Notes: generated by a model from the sequence alone, not told the origin. A DNA stretch of 64,000 bases from a virus (IMGVR_UViG_3300031354_000001:11120-75119), one strand, 5' to 3'. Positions 40,501 to 49,835 are shown, counted from the first letter of the stretch. Made by a program: numbers and translations.

Positions 40501-40617
40501 AGGTGCAATATACTCGCAGAGCCGTGAATCTGAATCTACTTTGGAAATAATGGCACCAGCTGCGCCGGGATTCCTTAGTGTGATTCGATGTGGTTGATTC
40601 GGGTTGCCTAATACCAT
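37543..40617 (-). CDS. beta-helix repeat fibre / spike-like protein
   Basis: 1024 aa with dozens of degenerate ~20-aa repeats (IVGGdtNsI ... FIGGGdsN ...) typical of parallel beta-helix proteins. The repeat is also visible at the DNA level. Distinct C-terminal domain. Confidence 0.55.
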   Translation of the reverse strand: MVLGNPNQPHRITLRNPGAAGAIISKVDSDSRLCEYIAPGLINQVLVSQGSGLPPTWASVATIPGDGIEGDALVWTGGTYSWEELIPPTGTEGYFLVKAATGTEWSNTLPAGAETDPVFVASAAHSISSGDITNWNTAYSWGNHAGLYPLIDGSVGFTGGGENQLLTQGSSNDIIWESNLTFDGTILKSPQYGAPDNVTLVPTGTGAIQGLGGNARGNYAVDLQLDRDLDTQVAAANYSSLIGGSNNSIDSSSSYAAIVGGRDCDIIQSGYTAIIGCFDSYSSGSATTVVYYNGIVGSNSTNLDFARFCGIVGGTHLYIMGSEGVPLNANGLIGGSYCGISTSGNYDGIIGGYYCVIDSSSYCFIGSGRLNEITSSNYSSISGGRNNAIISDYCLIGGGNNNSIETANNYSTICGGYSNTIITATTNKNYNFIGGGGANQIQGIADVIVGGGENTILLAAGIVYAVIGGGRYNTLESHYCFIGGGYSNSIGTSCDYSAIISGDNHSIVASTHSVICGGDSNDIDTAADSIICGGDTNSITGSQYSVIVGGDNNEIPTGCGTRNFIGGGNSQLLVAAATNNGDNIIIGGYNHSIQGRYCIIVGGSTNDITLAAGALYSTIVGGWSNSSGSSYTFIGGGYQNIIGENCSDSTIVGGDTNSITTSEHAFIGGGDTNSIVASNDSVICGGDTNTIPTGCGTHNFIGGGDSNTTVAASTYNGENVIVGGNSNSIQGQTCFIGGGESNDIALTAGAQYSAIISGYNNSNGGDYSVISGGNSHAINDGSYNTISGGNGCVTQASTGDGNTISGGNTNVIVAASTYNGENTISGGNNNVIQGYRCFIGGGYDNTIAIAAGVQYSSINCGKSNTVTSDYSSASGLEAVADHYGEVAQASGKFSASGDAQFSKFLLRNQTTDDTATELFLDGSSERLTITEGETWFVTVKLIGRQTNGDYTTHGIHWEGILTRDSAGNATITNSDTIEDFTNDFSWSVAISADTSNQSLKITVQGTTDENISWLAHVDIVKVKG

Positions 40618-40621
40618 GATA

Positions 40622-41425
40622 TTACCGATAACTAGGAACGATTACTTCAATGCCATTTATTTGAGCCACACCAGCTGTACTACCACCAGTGTCATCACGT
40701 TCAAATGAAATTGCAATATTTAATACACTACCTGGTGCTAGTTCATCACCAACTTCAACACCAGAGATTGTAAAATCTTCATCAGCTTCTGCTATAACGG
40801 CCTTCATATCAATTGCAGCTGTAGAGCATAAATCAGTGCCATCTAATGCACCGCCTTTAATATGCTTACAAACAACATCGAGAAGACTCTCAGCATTTGC
40901 AGCAGCAGACAATTTGCCCTTGATTCGGACTGTTAAATCTTCACCAACGACATAATCTGCTGGTACAACGAAATCAAACATACAATATTCGGTGGCAGCA
41001 GTATTATTGGTACTGGAACCGAGGACTGGACTACCGGCTGCTGCTCCTAGACCTAATGTACCGCCATCACCATCTGGACTTGCTGGTAATAGTGCTTGGC
41101 CATCATCTTCTTGTCTTAGATTAGATAATGCAATTGCATAAGTCTTATCGACGGTCGCAAGTGTTAATTTTCCGGTACTATCAAGAGCAGCATCACCACT
41201 CATTGCTACTTCAACGAAATTAGTGCCGTCACCGACAAGAAATTTACCAGAAGCAGCGGCCCAAGCAGAAAATCCACCTAGCGTTTTAACAGAATCAAGT
41301 TCAGTTTGTGTTGCAGATAGTTCTGCAATCATTCTAGCCCAATCACGGTAATCTGGTGCTTTGCTTTGACCAACAGTGCGATTTTCACTTTCACCATCCC
41401 AAACGCTTGTAGGATAATCAGCCAT
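40622..41425 (-). CDS. virion structural protein, paralog 1 (shared N-terminal anchor)
   Basis: N-terminus MADYPTSVWDG ... KAPDYRDWARMI parallels that of the 41425..42063 gene. Confidence 0.4.
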   Translation of the reverse strand: MADYPTSVWDGESENRTVGQSKAPDYRDWARMIAELSATQTELDSVKTLGGFSAWAAASGKFLVGDGTNFVEVAMSGDAALDSTGKLTLATVDKTYAIALSNLRQEDDGQALLPASPDGDGGTLGLGAAAGSPVLGSSTNNTAATEYCMFDFVVPADYVVGEDLTVRIKGKLSAAANAESLLDVVCKHIKGGALDGTDLCSTAAIDMKAVIAEADEDFTISGVEVGDELAPGSVLNIAISFERDDTGGSTAGVAQINGIEVIVPSYR

Positions 41426-42063
41426 TAATAGTCTCCGAGGTTAACCCAAGTAATCTTGACTGTACCACTAACAGTAATGTCACCAGCACCGCCACCATTA
41501 TCCATTGCGACATTAAGGTAGACTGGGCAGGGTGTCGTTGTACCATCTTGAATTGCTACAGCATCATCTTGGTCTGTTACTGTAACAGCACCAGGGTCAC
41601 CAGCAAAAACTACTGAACTAGCCGCAAGCCAAGTAATATCTGTTGTAGCTAGAGCTTGATCTGTTGCAGCAACAGTACCAAGTCCTAAGTCGCCTTCCTC
41701 TGCTGAAGCATAATCCGCCGATGCAAGATCAAGATCAATTGTAATTCCGAGGACTTTAATAGCACCTTGAGGGAATGTGTAAATTAATGCACTACCATAT
41801 TCTTTTGTACCACCTTCAGCACAAGAGATAGCTACATCGGTTAGTGTTAAGGTTGTTTGCTGAACTTGGCCAGCCTGTGAAGAGTCAGCGACACCAGTGC
41901 CGACTGTGCCAGCAGTTCTTGCACCGACACCGAGTTTAGTTTGTATACCAATTACTTCCTGAACAATTCGATTCCAATCCCTGAAATCAGGTGCTTTGTT
42001 TTGAGCAAGATCAGGATCACGATTTAGTGTAGTTCCATCCCAAAGGCTTGTAGGATATACCAT
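41425..42063 (-). CDS. virion structural protein, paralog 2 (shared N-terminal anchor)
   Basis: N-terminus MVYPTSLWDG ... KAPDFRDWNRIV. Confidence 0.4.
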   Translation of the reverse strand: MVYPTSLWDGTTLNRDPDLAQNKAPDFRDWNRIVQEVIGIQTKLGVGARTAGTVGTGVADSSQAGQVQQTTLTLTDVAISCAEGGTKEYGSALIYTFPQGAIKVLGITIDLDLASADYASAEEGDLGLGTVAATDQALATTDITWLAASSVVFAGDPGAVTVTDQDDAVAIQDGTTTPCPVYLNVAMDNGGGAGDITVSGTVKITWVNLGDY

Positions 42064-43752
42064 TTATTGTTCCTTTAAATTTGGGTCTTGAGACATTTTC
42101 TTTTCATTTTTACCAGCATCATTATTGACTTTAAAATCATTATTACCACGAGCACCAGAATCATCTGCTTGCTGTGCTGCTTTAATTCGTTCTACCTTAG
42201 CGGCATGGTCAGCAGCAGCTTTTGTTGGTTCATCTTCATTATACCCGCGTGCTTTGGCCGCAGTAATTAATGATAGTATACCATTTTCTATATCGGTCGA
42301 AATTGTATCACTATCACTTGTTACATAATCAGCAGCATCAATTTCACTAAGAATCTCATTCATTTCCTCTGTAGATATATCCATTCCAATTAATGTCGTA
42401 GCAATCTTCTTAGATATTATTTTTTGAAATTTCTTCGAAGGAATCTGCGAGCGTTGCTCTAAAAGCTTCTCAGATTCTGTTAATTTTTGTGTATCAGTCT
42501 TTAAAGAATAGCGTGTAGGATAAGCTATTACAGCTTTGTTTGTTGTAGGAATATATTCTTCGAAGATTGAAGCAATTTGTCGCTCGCCATTCTCTAGAAT
42601 TAGGCCAATGGCACTAAGGCCACTTTCCAATCCACGTTCATCCATTTCCTTGGATTCGGCTGATGTATATTTTGATTTTACATTGGATAATGCAAGATTA
42701 ATTAGTGTTCTAATATCATCTTTTAGATTCTTCTGCTTCTCCATTGAAGCTTGAAGCGGTTCTGGTGAAGGATGAATAAATCCAGGTGGATTAGCACCTT
42801 TAGGGTAAGCCATTCCTACTGTAGCACCTACTTCTAGTGTAGATTCTGATTCATCAGCATTTGCATTCTTTAAATGAGAACCTTTTAATTTGTCTTGCTC
42901 TTTGACGAGGAATGGATAATTAGCTTTTTGAGCATAACTAATATCAGAACTTTCTAAATTCATTAGAGCGATTTGATGATTAGCAATATCCTTTGTTAAT
43001 GGTGAATCAAGTTCAAAAAGTGAGAATGGTATTCTCTTTAGATTAAGGAAATACTCTTCATCACTTTTTTCATTATTTAGATCAATTTGTTCATTGTCAT
43101 TGTTATATAGTTTCACCATTATACCGCCATCGACTTTAATTAAAACACGATAACGATATGATAATTCTGAAGCAAAACCTAAATCATTGGTCTTGTAATA
43201 AGATTCTCGAAGTAATAATTTAGTAAATTCCTTGGTATGCTCCTGATAATTTATTTCCCAATTGAGAATATTCTCAGCAGTGAACGTATAAAGATAAGGT
43301 GTCGCCCAATCAGTATCAGAGATTGTTCTGAAACCATCTAATTTAGGCATATCGACATATACACCGACTTTACCAATGAATAACAATTCTGGAAGAACAA
43401 CCGAGCCAATAAAATGATTCATCGAAGAACCCATTCTATCGACACCACCATTTTCTCCATTAATTACTTTTTGATAATCATCGGAGCCATCCATTCTAGA
43501 TATGTCATGCATTCTTTGATAGATTGCATTCTTAACATCAATAATTGAGCCTTTGGCAAAGGCACATGAAGTTGAATTCTTTTTTCTGATTTCAAAATCT
43601 TCATTTGACTCTCTTGTTGAGAATCGTTGCAAATATTCATCGATGAACTCGTCACCACTATCCATAATGAAACGATATTTTATCCAATTTTCTAATTCTA
43701 AAAGATATTCTGGATGCTGTGATCCTTTAATTGATAATTCGGGTTTTATCAT
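42064..43752 (-). CDS. putative portal protein
   Basis: 562 aa immediately downstream of and overlapping the large terminase gene; acidic C-terminus; position-based call. Confidence 0.45.
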   Translation of the reverse strand: MIKPELSIKGSQHPEYLLELENWIKYRFIMDSGDEFIDEYLQRFSTRESNEDFEIRKKNSTSCAFAKGSIIDVKNAIYQRMHDISRMDGSDDYQKVINGENGGVDRMGSSMNHFIGSVVLPELLFIGKVGVYVDMPKLDGFRTISDTDWATPYLYTFTAENILNWEINYQEHTKEFTKLLLRESYYKTNDLGFASELSYRYRVLIKVDGGIMVKLYNNDNEQIDLNNEKSDEEYFLNLKRIPFSLFELDSPLTKDIANHQIALMNLESSDISYAQKANYPFLVKEQDKLKGSHLKNANADESESTLEVGATVGMAYPKGANPPGFIHPSPEPLQASMEKQKNLKDDIRTLINLALSNVKSKYTSAESKEMDERGLESGLSAIGLILENGERQIASIFEEYIPTTNKAVIAYPTRYSLKTDTQKLTESEKLLEQRSQIPSKKFQKIISKKIATTLIGMDISTEEMNEILSEIDAADYVTSDSDTISTDIENGILSLITAAKARGYNEDEPTKAAADHAAKVERIKAAQQADDSGARGNNDFKVNNDAGKNEKKMSQDPNLKEQ

Positions 43753-45419
43753 AAGAAAACCTTTATGTCTTCATTTGTTGTAAAGCTTGCTGCCAACGGC
43801 AATGCTATTTCATTATAGCAGCGAGCGTCAGCAAAGTGATCTGCACCAACTTTTTGATAATAACCTACAGTGCGACCAGCATTATTTTGCTTGTATCTTC
43901 GAACGAGACCTTTTTGTTGATCGCAGTATTCACTCTGAATATCTTTAGGAATAGCTATGCTATTATTATGAAATCTATTCAAAGCTACATCTAGCCACGC
44001 TGTTTTGTCTACAGATACTTGATGTTTTTCTTCATCAATTGAAATCATTCTTGATGATGAACTATTAGTATAAAAACATAATTTGACATGGCCTTCGAAA
44101 TCCATTGCAAATTCATAAGCCAATCTACGCTCAGGTTGAGCATCTACAACCGCAGTAAGAATATTCCATTGATACATTAATTGTCCGAGTTCACGGAAAT
44201 GCATAACCTTATCGGCATCTAATACATTGCATTCCGCAATCATATTAAGATCATTACCAAGCTTAGGAAACGTCCATTCAGCAATTTCATAGAAGATAAA
44301 TGGTTCACCGACATCAGCACCCATCGTTATCCAACGATTTTGTGGTAATGGGTCCGATTTTGTTCGCGTACTACGTTCTTTTGCTTTTAATAGTTCGCTA
44401 TCAGTTACACGGTGTCCTGGTGGGACATAAGGCAGGCCCATCTTCGAGTTATATAACTCTTGGGCCTCAAGGTTGTCACCCTTCGCTTTTATCGCAGAGA
44501 TAGCGTGTCGCCAAGGCTGTGATTTATTAGCCGAAGAATATAATTGAGGGATATAAAATCCACGTCTCTCGCGATTTGCACTCTCTGTTTTTATCCATTT
44601 GCCAGTTTTTAAAAAATTGATTTTATCTTCATGATGTAATGTCCCTTTGCAGAGCGTACAAATGATATGTGACTTCTTTAGGTCGGGATCATTAACATCA
44701 TCGGCAGTTATAACGAGGCTATCAGGGAATAGTAGTTCTGTATACTTTCCACAGCATGGGCATTTGAAGAAGAAATGGTCTTTTGTACTTTCTTCAAATA
44801 ATTTACCCACACCGAAGTCAGGGGCGGTAGGGGTAGACAACTTGAAGGAACGCCAACTATCTTCGCCAATCTGACCATCAGTACGTGCATCTGCTAATGC
44901 CATATTCTCCATATTCATTTCGTCGTATTCATCATATACCATTAAGGATACTGGTAATGACTTTAGACCGGAACGACTATTACTACCGCGAATCCATAAG
45001 TTTGCTGAGCCTGCTCTTTTGTGGCCTACATTGGAATTAGAAAATAATGTAGATAAATGTGATGACAATCCTACCGCGGCATCGAAACGAGAACTACTGA
45101 AGTCCGAGGCATCTGGTGTCTTTGTTGGTAGAATGTATAGTACATTCTTTCTTTCGATATCGACATAGAAGAATGAAATATTTAAAAGTGCTTCTGTGAA
45201 GCCCATCTGGGCTGCTTTTAAAATCACTACCTCTTGCTCTTTTGCGTCATGGACTTCTTTTAACCACGGATGGTATTTAAAACGCCAAGGGCCTGGCAAT
45301 GGTGGGCCCATTATACGATATTCTTCGGCCCAGCGGGAGGGCGTTTGTACCGCCCTCCTTCTGAGGCCGTTAGCAATCGTGCTTCTTAGAATGTTTTGAA
45401 GCTCATGCACCGTCAGCAA
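43749..45419 (-). CDS. terminase large subunit (GpA-like, with zinc ribbon)
   Basis: Walker A-like LKAAQMGFTE, Walker B LMVYDEYDEM, zinc ribbon CPCCGKY ... CTLCKG, C-terminal nuclease-like region; 556 aa. Confidence 0.7.
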   Translation of the reverse strand: MLTVHELQNILRSTIANGLRRRAVQTPSRWAEEYRIMGPPLPGPWRFKYHPWLKEVHDAKEQEVVILKAAQMGFTEALLNISFFYVDIERKNVLYILPTKTPDASDFSSSRFDAAVGLSSHLSTLFSNSNVGHKRAGSANLWIRGSNSRSGLKSLPVSLMVYDEYDEMNMENMALADARTDGQIGEDSWRSFKLSTPTAPDFGVGKLFEESTKDHFFFKCPCCGKYTELLFPDSLVITADDVNDPDLKKSHIICTLCKGTLHHEDKINFLKTGKWIKTESANRERRGFYIPQLYSSANKSQPWRHAISAIKAKGDNLEAQELYNSKMGLPYVPPGHRVTDSELLKAKERSTRTKSDPLPQNRWITMGADVGEPFIFYEIAEWTFPKLGNDLNMIAECNVLDADKVMHFRELGQLMYQWNILTAVVDAQPERRLAYEFAMDFEGHVKLCFYTNSSSSRMISIDEEKHQVSVDKTAWLDVALNRFHNNSIAIPKDIQSEYCDQQKGLVRRYKQNNAGRTVGYYQKVGADHFADARCYNEIALPLAASFTTNEDIKVFL

Positions 45420-45473
45420 CCATTATTACAATGAGCGGTTCGCGGTAACATGAATCGGGTAGATACTGGGTAG

Positions 45474-45773
45474 CTATTCATCGAATTTTACTCCAAGATA
45501 TTTAAACGTATTTTCAGTCCATTTACTAAATACTACAGTCCATTCATTGAACTTCTTTTGATTTTCTATTATTTTGTCTTGTTTTAGTTTAATATGGTAA
45601 TATCCATCTAAAAGCTTACAATTTTGATATTGTAAAGCATTTATCTGTTGATTGAGATCGACTTCAATACGAATTTTCTCTTCTATTAATCTATTACATT
45701 TAATATTTGTAATTGCTGTATTAAATATAATAATAAATGCTGCAAGCAGGATTATTAATACCTTATTCATCAA
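45474..45773 (-). CDS. small membrane/secreted protein
   Basis: N-terminal hydrophobic LIILLAAFIIIFNTAI. Confidence 0.35.
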   Translation of the reverse strand: MMNKVLIILLAAFIIIFNTAITNIKCNRLIEEKIRIEVDLNQQINALQYQNCKLLDGYYHIKLKQDKIIENQKKFNEWTVVFSKWTENTFKYLGVKFDE

Positions 45774-46032
45774 TGATCTCCATAAATATTGCTATAAAAA
45801 TTGAGTAAATACTGGAGAAAGTGACGATCGCAAAGGATATTATCACGAAATCCAAAATTGAAGAGGTTACAGGAAGAGCAAAAGCGAAGGCCAACCAGTG
45901 GCCTAAACAGTATGGACATTGTAGCACCTGTAAAGGTAGAATCTTCCTTAATGGTTTGAAGATGACGCTTTTAGTTATCGTCATAGAGATAGCAGCTACC
46001 GCTGCGGAGGCCAAAAATAAATAAGTTATCAT
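45763..46032 (-). CDS. multi-TM small membrane protein (holin-like candidate)
   Basis: 89 aa with 2-3 hydrophobic helices. Confidence 0.35.
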   Translation of the reverse strand: MITYLFLASAAVAAISMTITKSVIFKPLRKILPLQVLQCPYCLGHWLAFAFALPVTSSILDFVIISFAIVTFSSIYSIFIAIFMEIIDE

Positions 46033-46138
46033 AGGTCTGCAATATCTTCCAAATATTCTAATCGCCTATGTAATTTCATTAGTCGGCGTGAAAGCCATTC
46101 GACACGTTTTGATAGAAACCAGATTCGTAATGCTAAAA

Positions 46139-46669
46139 TCATTGGTTAATCTCCGGTAAAATATTAAGATTTACTTTTACTTTGACGTTATTGCAATCAG
46201 TTTGTGGTTTTCTTTTTAATAGATCTAGAATCTTATCTTTAACCCTACTATTAAATTGGAATTGGCTCGCCCATTGTAACTTGAACATTGCCATCGAGTC
46301 TTTGATAGATTCGATTTTAATCTCAAAATTATAAAGATTCTTTTTAAATGATGTTAAAATCAAAGCAAAAGCTTTATGTTGAGCAGCTAATGATTTATGT
46401 TGCTCTTCTAATGAAACTAATTGTTCTTTATTGTTGCTGATTTTATCATCATAACTAATAATTTTAGAGCGGAGCCAATTATTCCAATCAATTTGATTTT
46501 TTACGCTTTTAGCGTATGCTACTCTTAGACTATTATGACTGTTCTTTAAAGAAGTATTCTCTTTCTTTAAAGAAACGCACTTATGTTCTAATGATCTAAT
46601 ATCTTGCATCATCTGAAAATTAAATGCAGCAACAAGTGCTACAATAAATATGAATAAAAAATATTTCAT
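46139..46669 (-). CDS. signal-anchored coiled-coil protein (spanin-like candidate)
   Basis: N-terminal hydrophobic segment followed by Lys/Glu/Leu-rich coiled-coil. Confidence 0.3.
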   Translation of the reverse strand: MKYFLFIFIVALVAAFNFQMMQDIRSLEHKCVSLKKENTSLKNSHNSLRVAYAKSVKNQIDWNNWLRSKIISYDDKISNNKEQLVSLEEQHKSLAAQHKAFALILTSFKKNLYNFEIKIESIKDSMAMFKLQWASQFQFNSRVKDKILDLLKRKPQTDCNNVKVKVNLNILPEINQ

Positions 46670-47196
46670 AGTGTATCGGCTCCTGTGAATCTTGCTATTT
46701 CGCGACCACGCTCAACAATAATTAGTGTAGGTACTTTTGTAACATGCCATTTCTTAACTAGCTCTGGCTCTGTTAAAACATTTACTCTTTGATAACCGTA
46801 GCGATTAAATCGCTTGGCTCGTCTAATAATAAGAGAGACTGTTTGATCTACTTCTTTATTAGGGTGATAAAAATAAATTAATCCAGTGAACTGTTCTTGG
46901 CAAAATGCTTGTCTACAGAAAATAACAAACTGTTCCTCGGACATGGCTCCGGTTCTTCGGTTAATTTCACTATTGCCTCTTGTAAGAATAACCGTGGGAA
47001 GAGCAGTAACATGGTACTGCCTAACCAAGTCTCTACGTTGATCCGCGTTAATAATCTTGATTTTGAAATCATCTTTGTATTTTTCTGCAAATTTTTTCAC
47101 GTTGTGACAATAAGGACACCAATCAGCAACAAAAACTAGGACATCTGCTTTGGCTGTCGTCGCTAAAGCAAGTATAATAATTAACGCTTTTACCAT
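46666..47196 (-). CDS. secreted thioredoxin-fold thiol-disulfide oxidoreductase
   Basis: Sec-type signal MVKALIIILALATTAKA, then FVADWCPYCHNV (CxxC thioredoxin motif), followed by a second Trx-like half lacking CxxC. Confidence 0.55.
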   Translation of the reverse strand: MVKALIIILALATTAKADVLVFVADWCPYCHNVKKFAEKYKDDFKIKIINADQRRDLVRQYHVTALPTVILTRGNSEINRRTGAMSEEQFVIFCRQAFCQEQFTGLIYFYHPNKEVDQTVSLIIRRAKRFNRYGYQRVNVLTEPELVKKWHVTKVPTLIIVERGREIARFTGADTL

Positions 47197-48197
47197 ATTA
47201 CATAATCCTCTTCTGGGGCTTCAAAACCTTTGTATAATGTTAATGCATAACTATCACGATATTTTGATACTTGTTGGTCAATGTATTCGGCGTCAATCCA
47301 AACTGAACCATCAGGTTGACCATATGTCTTTGGCCCTCGGCCAAAGTTTGGTCCATGGCTATTAACAAGCAAGGCGCCTGGTCGTTTGCCGTCTTGCACT
47401 CCCGCTAGTAGCCAAGCGTGTGGCCATCGGCCTCTTGGTTTTACAAAACCATCTTTATCTCTTTGGTCGTCTTCAGCACCAATGTAACCACAGAAGACAA
47501 TTGGATGTCCTGCTGCTACTGCATCACGCACTTCTTTAAATGAATAAACAGGTGCATAATCAAGAATTGGATGCTTCTTAGCTTCTTTTTGTAGTGGATC
47601 AGGAATGCCTTCACGATCCCAATATCTTACAGTCTTCTTAGAATAGGGCCGCAGGTCATAAGGCGGATAATTTATTCTTAACAAATTACCATATTGTTTT
47701 AAATATTCTACTGCCCAGCCACCATATGCACCCGCACTTGGCATTCGACCTACAATTTCTTTGCGACCGATTAGATTTCGGCAACCAGAATAAATCATAT
47801 CTGTCGAAGAATCGGCTACATATTTTTGCTCCCTGCCGAAGTAGAAAATTTGGCAAGCAGTAAGAACATCTACCGCGGCTCCACTAGCTTGAGCAACGCA
47901 GTCACCCCACTCTTGGAAACGAGGTTTCCATGGCTTATTTCTTACAGAGGTATATGCCCTAATGAGCATCGCTACTTTTTCTTCGCCGAAGCCTTCAAGA
48001 TTACCGCGTTGATAAACTGAAGGTAAAACCTTCGCTTCGTTTGGAATCCAACCAAAGAATGGCAGATTTTTTGGAAAAGCTAATGAGATTTTTGGAAGAA
48101 AAAATGGCAGTGCAGCAGCTTTTATGAAATCTCTTCGTTTCATAGCTGATCTCCAATCATTTATGCTTTCCTTAGAGCACCAGCGACATACAACCAA
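47190..48197 (-). CDS. Tat-signal papain-like (C1 family) cysteine peptidase
   Basis: Twin-arginine signal KRRDFIKAAALPFF. QEWGDCVAQAS (compare QG.CGSCWA), WPHAWLLAGV (compare GHAVLLVG) and LVNSHGPNFG (compare NSWG) match the C1 active-site triad. Real start is probably the internal MKRRDF near 48143. Confidence 0.5.
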   Translation of the reverse strand: MVVCRWCSKESINDWRSAMKRRDFIKAAALPFFLPKISLAFPKNLPFFGWIPNEAKVLPSVYQRGNLEGFGEEKVAMLIRAYTSVRNKPWKPRFQEWGDCVAQASGAAVDVLTACQIFYFGREQKYVADSSTDMIYSGCRNLIGRKEIVGRMPSAGAYGGWAVEYLKQYGNLLRINYPPYDLRPYSKKTVRYWDREGIPDPLQKEAKKHPILDYAPVYSFKEVRDAVAAGHPIVFCGYIGAEDDQRDKDGFVKPRGRWPHAWLLAGVQDGKRPGALLVNSHGPNFGRGPKTYGQPDGSVWIDAEYIDQQVSKYRDSYALTLYKGFEAPEEDYVIW

Positions 48198-48802
48198 AGG
48201 TTAATGTGGTCTTCTAAGCTTTTTCCTTGGTAATTTTGCTTACAATAATTACTTAGGTCTTTGAGAAATGGCTTCCATTGCTCGTAATCGTCGCCAAGAG
48301 CAGCCCTGTTACTTATTGAAGAGAACCGTATTAGTTCAGCGACCGAACTATGCTCTTTGACAGTAGCGAGTTGGAAAGCGTTAGCCAAACGATGGGCATC
48401 ATCTTTAGTATAACCTTTGGGAAGCCATGATTTTACTAATTTGTCAAAAGCAGAATTAGAATTATTATTATTTTTACTTCCTACAATAATTTTATGTACG
48501 ACAAGCTTAACTTGATTTCCTTGAGAATAGGCACAAACGAAAATATAGCTTCCTTTTTCCTCAGCACTAAAGATCAAAGTGCGACCGCTATTAATTAGCT
48601 TGTAATTCTTAGTCTCTGGGAGAATTTGCCATGCCCAGGCATCGGCATCAGGTGCTGTAAGCTCGACAAGCTCGCCTACACTCGCTGTTTTAACGAAGTC
48701 TACTTTGTTATCAAGAGACTGAAAGTCATTGGCTGCAAATAATACTGCTAGTGCGACTGCAAGAGCAGCAAGTGGCGTTGATTTTATAATCGTCTTTTTC
48801 AT
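48161..48802 (-). CDS. secreted protein (Sec signal)
   Basis: MKKTIIKSTPLAALAVALAVLFAAND signal peptide; 213 aa. Confidence 0.4.
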   Translation of the reverse strand: MKKTIIKSTPLAALAVALAVLFAANDFQSLDNKVDFVKTASVGELVELTAPDADAWAWQILPETKNYKLINSGRTLIFSAEEKGSYIFVCAYSQGNQVKLVVHKIIVGSKNNNNSNSAFDKLVKSWLPKGYTKDDAHRLANAFQLATVKEHSSVAELIRFSSISNRAALGDDYEQWKPFLKDLSNYCKQNYQGKSLEDHINLWLYVAGALRKA

Positions 48803-49113
48803 TTGTTGATTGTTACGTTTAAGTGCCTGTTTTCTTTAGGAATACTATCAATAATGTCTTCATCTGTTTTTACTGTTTCTTTTAGGAAAAGCTTGGCTAC
48901 CGGGGAATCGGTAACAAACCGAAGTAGCACGTTGACGCCACCAATAATGGCCGCTACGGCAGCTGTTAGAGCGGGATGCTCCGCGACTACACTACTTTGG
49001 CTCATGGCGGTTACACCGCCGATGACCATCGTTAAAAGATTGACCCAAATTGTTTTAGAGAGATACCATTGTTTCATAGGTTCACCTTTGCTAATAGTTT
49101 TAGTTTTAGACAC
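48799..49113 (-). CDS. two-TM small membrane protein (holin-like candidate)
   Basis: 104 aa; NLLTMVIGGVTAM and AVAAIIGGVNVLL hydrophobic helices. Confidence 0.35.
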   Translation of the reverse strand: MSKTKTISKGEPMKQWYLSKTIWVNLLTMVIGGVTAMSQSSVVAEHPALTAAVAAIIGGVNVLLRFVTDSPVAKLFLKETVKTDEDIIDSIPKENRHLNVTINK

Positions 49114-49118
49114 ATTCT

Positions 49119-49835
49119 TTAATTATTGTATAATATACCCTTTTTAGCGACAAAACAACCCATTAATTGTGCTTCATCCTCTATCTGTGATAATTTAACA
49201 TTATGTTTAAATCCTTGCGGGCTATCTGCTTCATATTTTTTTAATTTTTTCCATAATTCAGGGTAATTTTTATATAAAACATGTAATGACTCTTTTGATT
49301 GTTTTGGGCATAACCAACAGCCAGTACGCTTAAAATGTGATAGTGGATGTGGAAAACCTTTTCTAACTAGGTATTTAAAGCAATCCTTCTCTGAATATCC
49401 CCATTCGCATAGAGGGAACTTGTAAATATTGGATCGAGACTTATATTGTTTTGCTAATGTTCGCTTTTCTTCAGTTTTTGTGATTCCAATATATACGCAA
49501 TTTCCAGACCCTTGAGCCTTATCTAATAGCCTTATTTTAGCCTCACGAGACCACCAACATGGTGTTATAGCGTAAGGAAAACCTCTTATTATGCCCTTTT
49601 TAACACCTCTAGTAAATACACCATAGAACCAATGATCCCAAGTATTTTTAGGTTTTAATATGGTAATTGGTATTTTAATATGATTTTCAATCTTTTTTAT
49701 GTACTCATATAACTCTGGAAATTCTAGTGTGGTATCACAGAATATAATTTTATCTATTTGTATGCCTTTTTCAATTAGCAATAATAACATTGCTGTAGAG
49801 TCTTTACCGCCACTAAAACTAACTATATTTTCCAC
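49119..49835 (-). CDS. PAPS-reductase-like PP-loop ATPase (CysH/DndC superfamily)
   Basis: N-terminal IVSFSGGKDSTAMLLLL (SGGKDS PP-loop), C-terminal GCWLCP cysteine pair. Confidence 0.65.
   Translation of the reverse strand: MENIVSFSGGKDSTAMLLLLIEKGIQIDKIIFCDTTLEFPELYEYIKKIENHIKIPITILKPKNTWDHWFYGVFTRGVKKGIIRGFPYAITPCWWSREAKIRLLDKAQGSGNCVYIGITKTEEKRTLAKQYKSRSNIYKFPLCEWGYSEKDCFKYLVRKGFPHPLSHFKRTGCWLCPKQSKESLHVLYKNYPELWKKLKKYEADSPQGFKHNVKLSQIEDEAQLMGCFVAKKGILYNN

Noticed and set aside
26416-44874. Numerous 60-140-aa plus-strand ORFs inside the minus-strand structural genes (e.g. 29162..29578, 38378..38704, 35024..35254)
   Set aside because: They are antisense to long, well-supported structural genes and reflect repetitive or low-complexity sequence, not independent genes.
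45474-46032. Small terminase subunit upstream of TerL
   Set aside because: The two ORFs just upstream of TerL are hydrophobic/membrane-type, not TerS-like. No TerS candidate was identified here.
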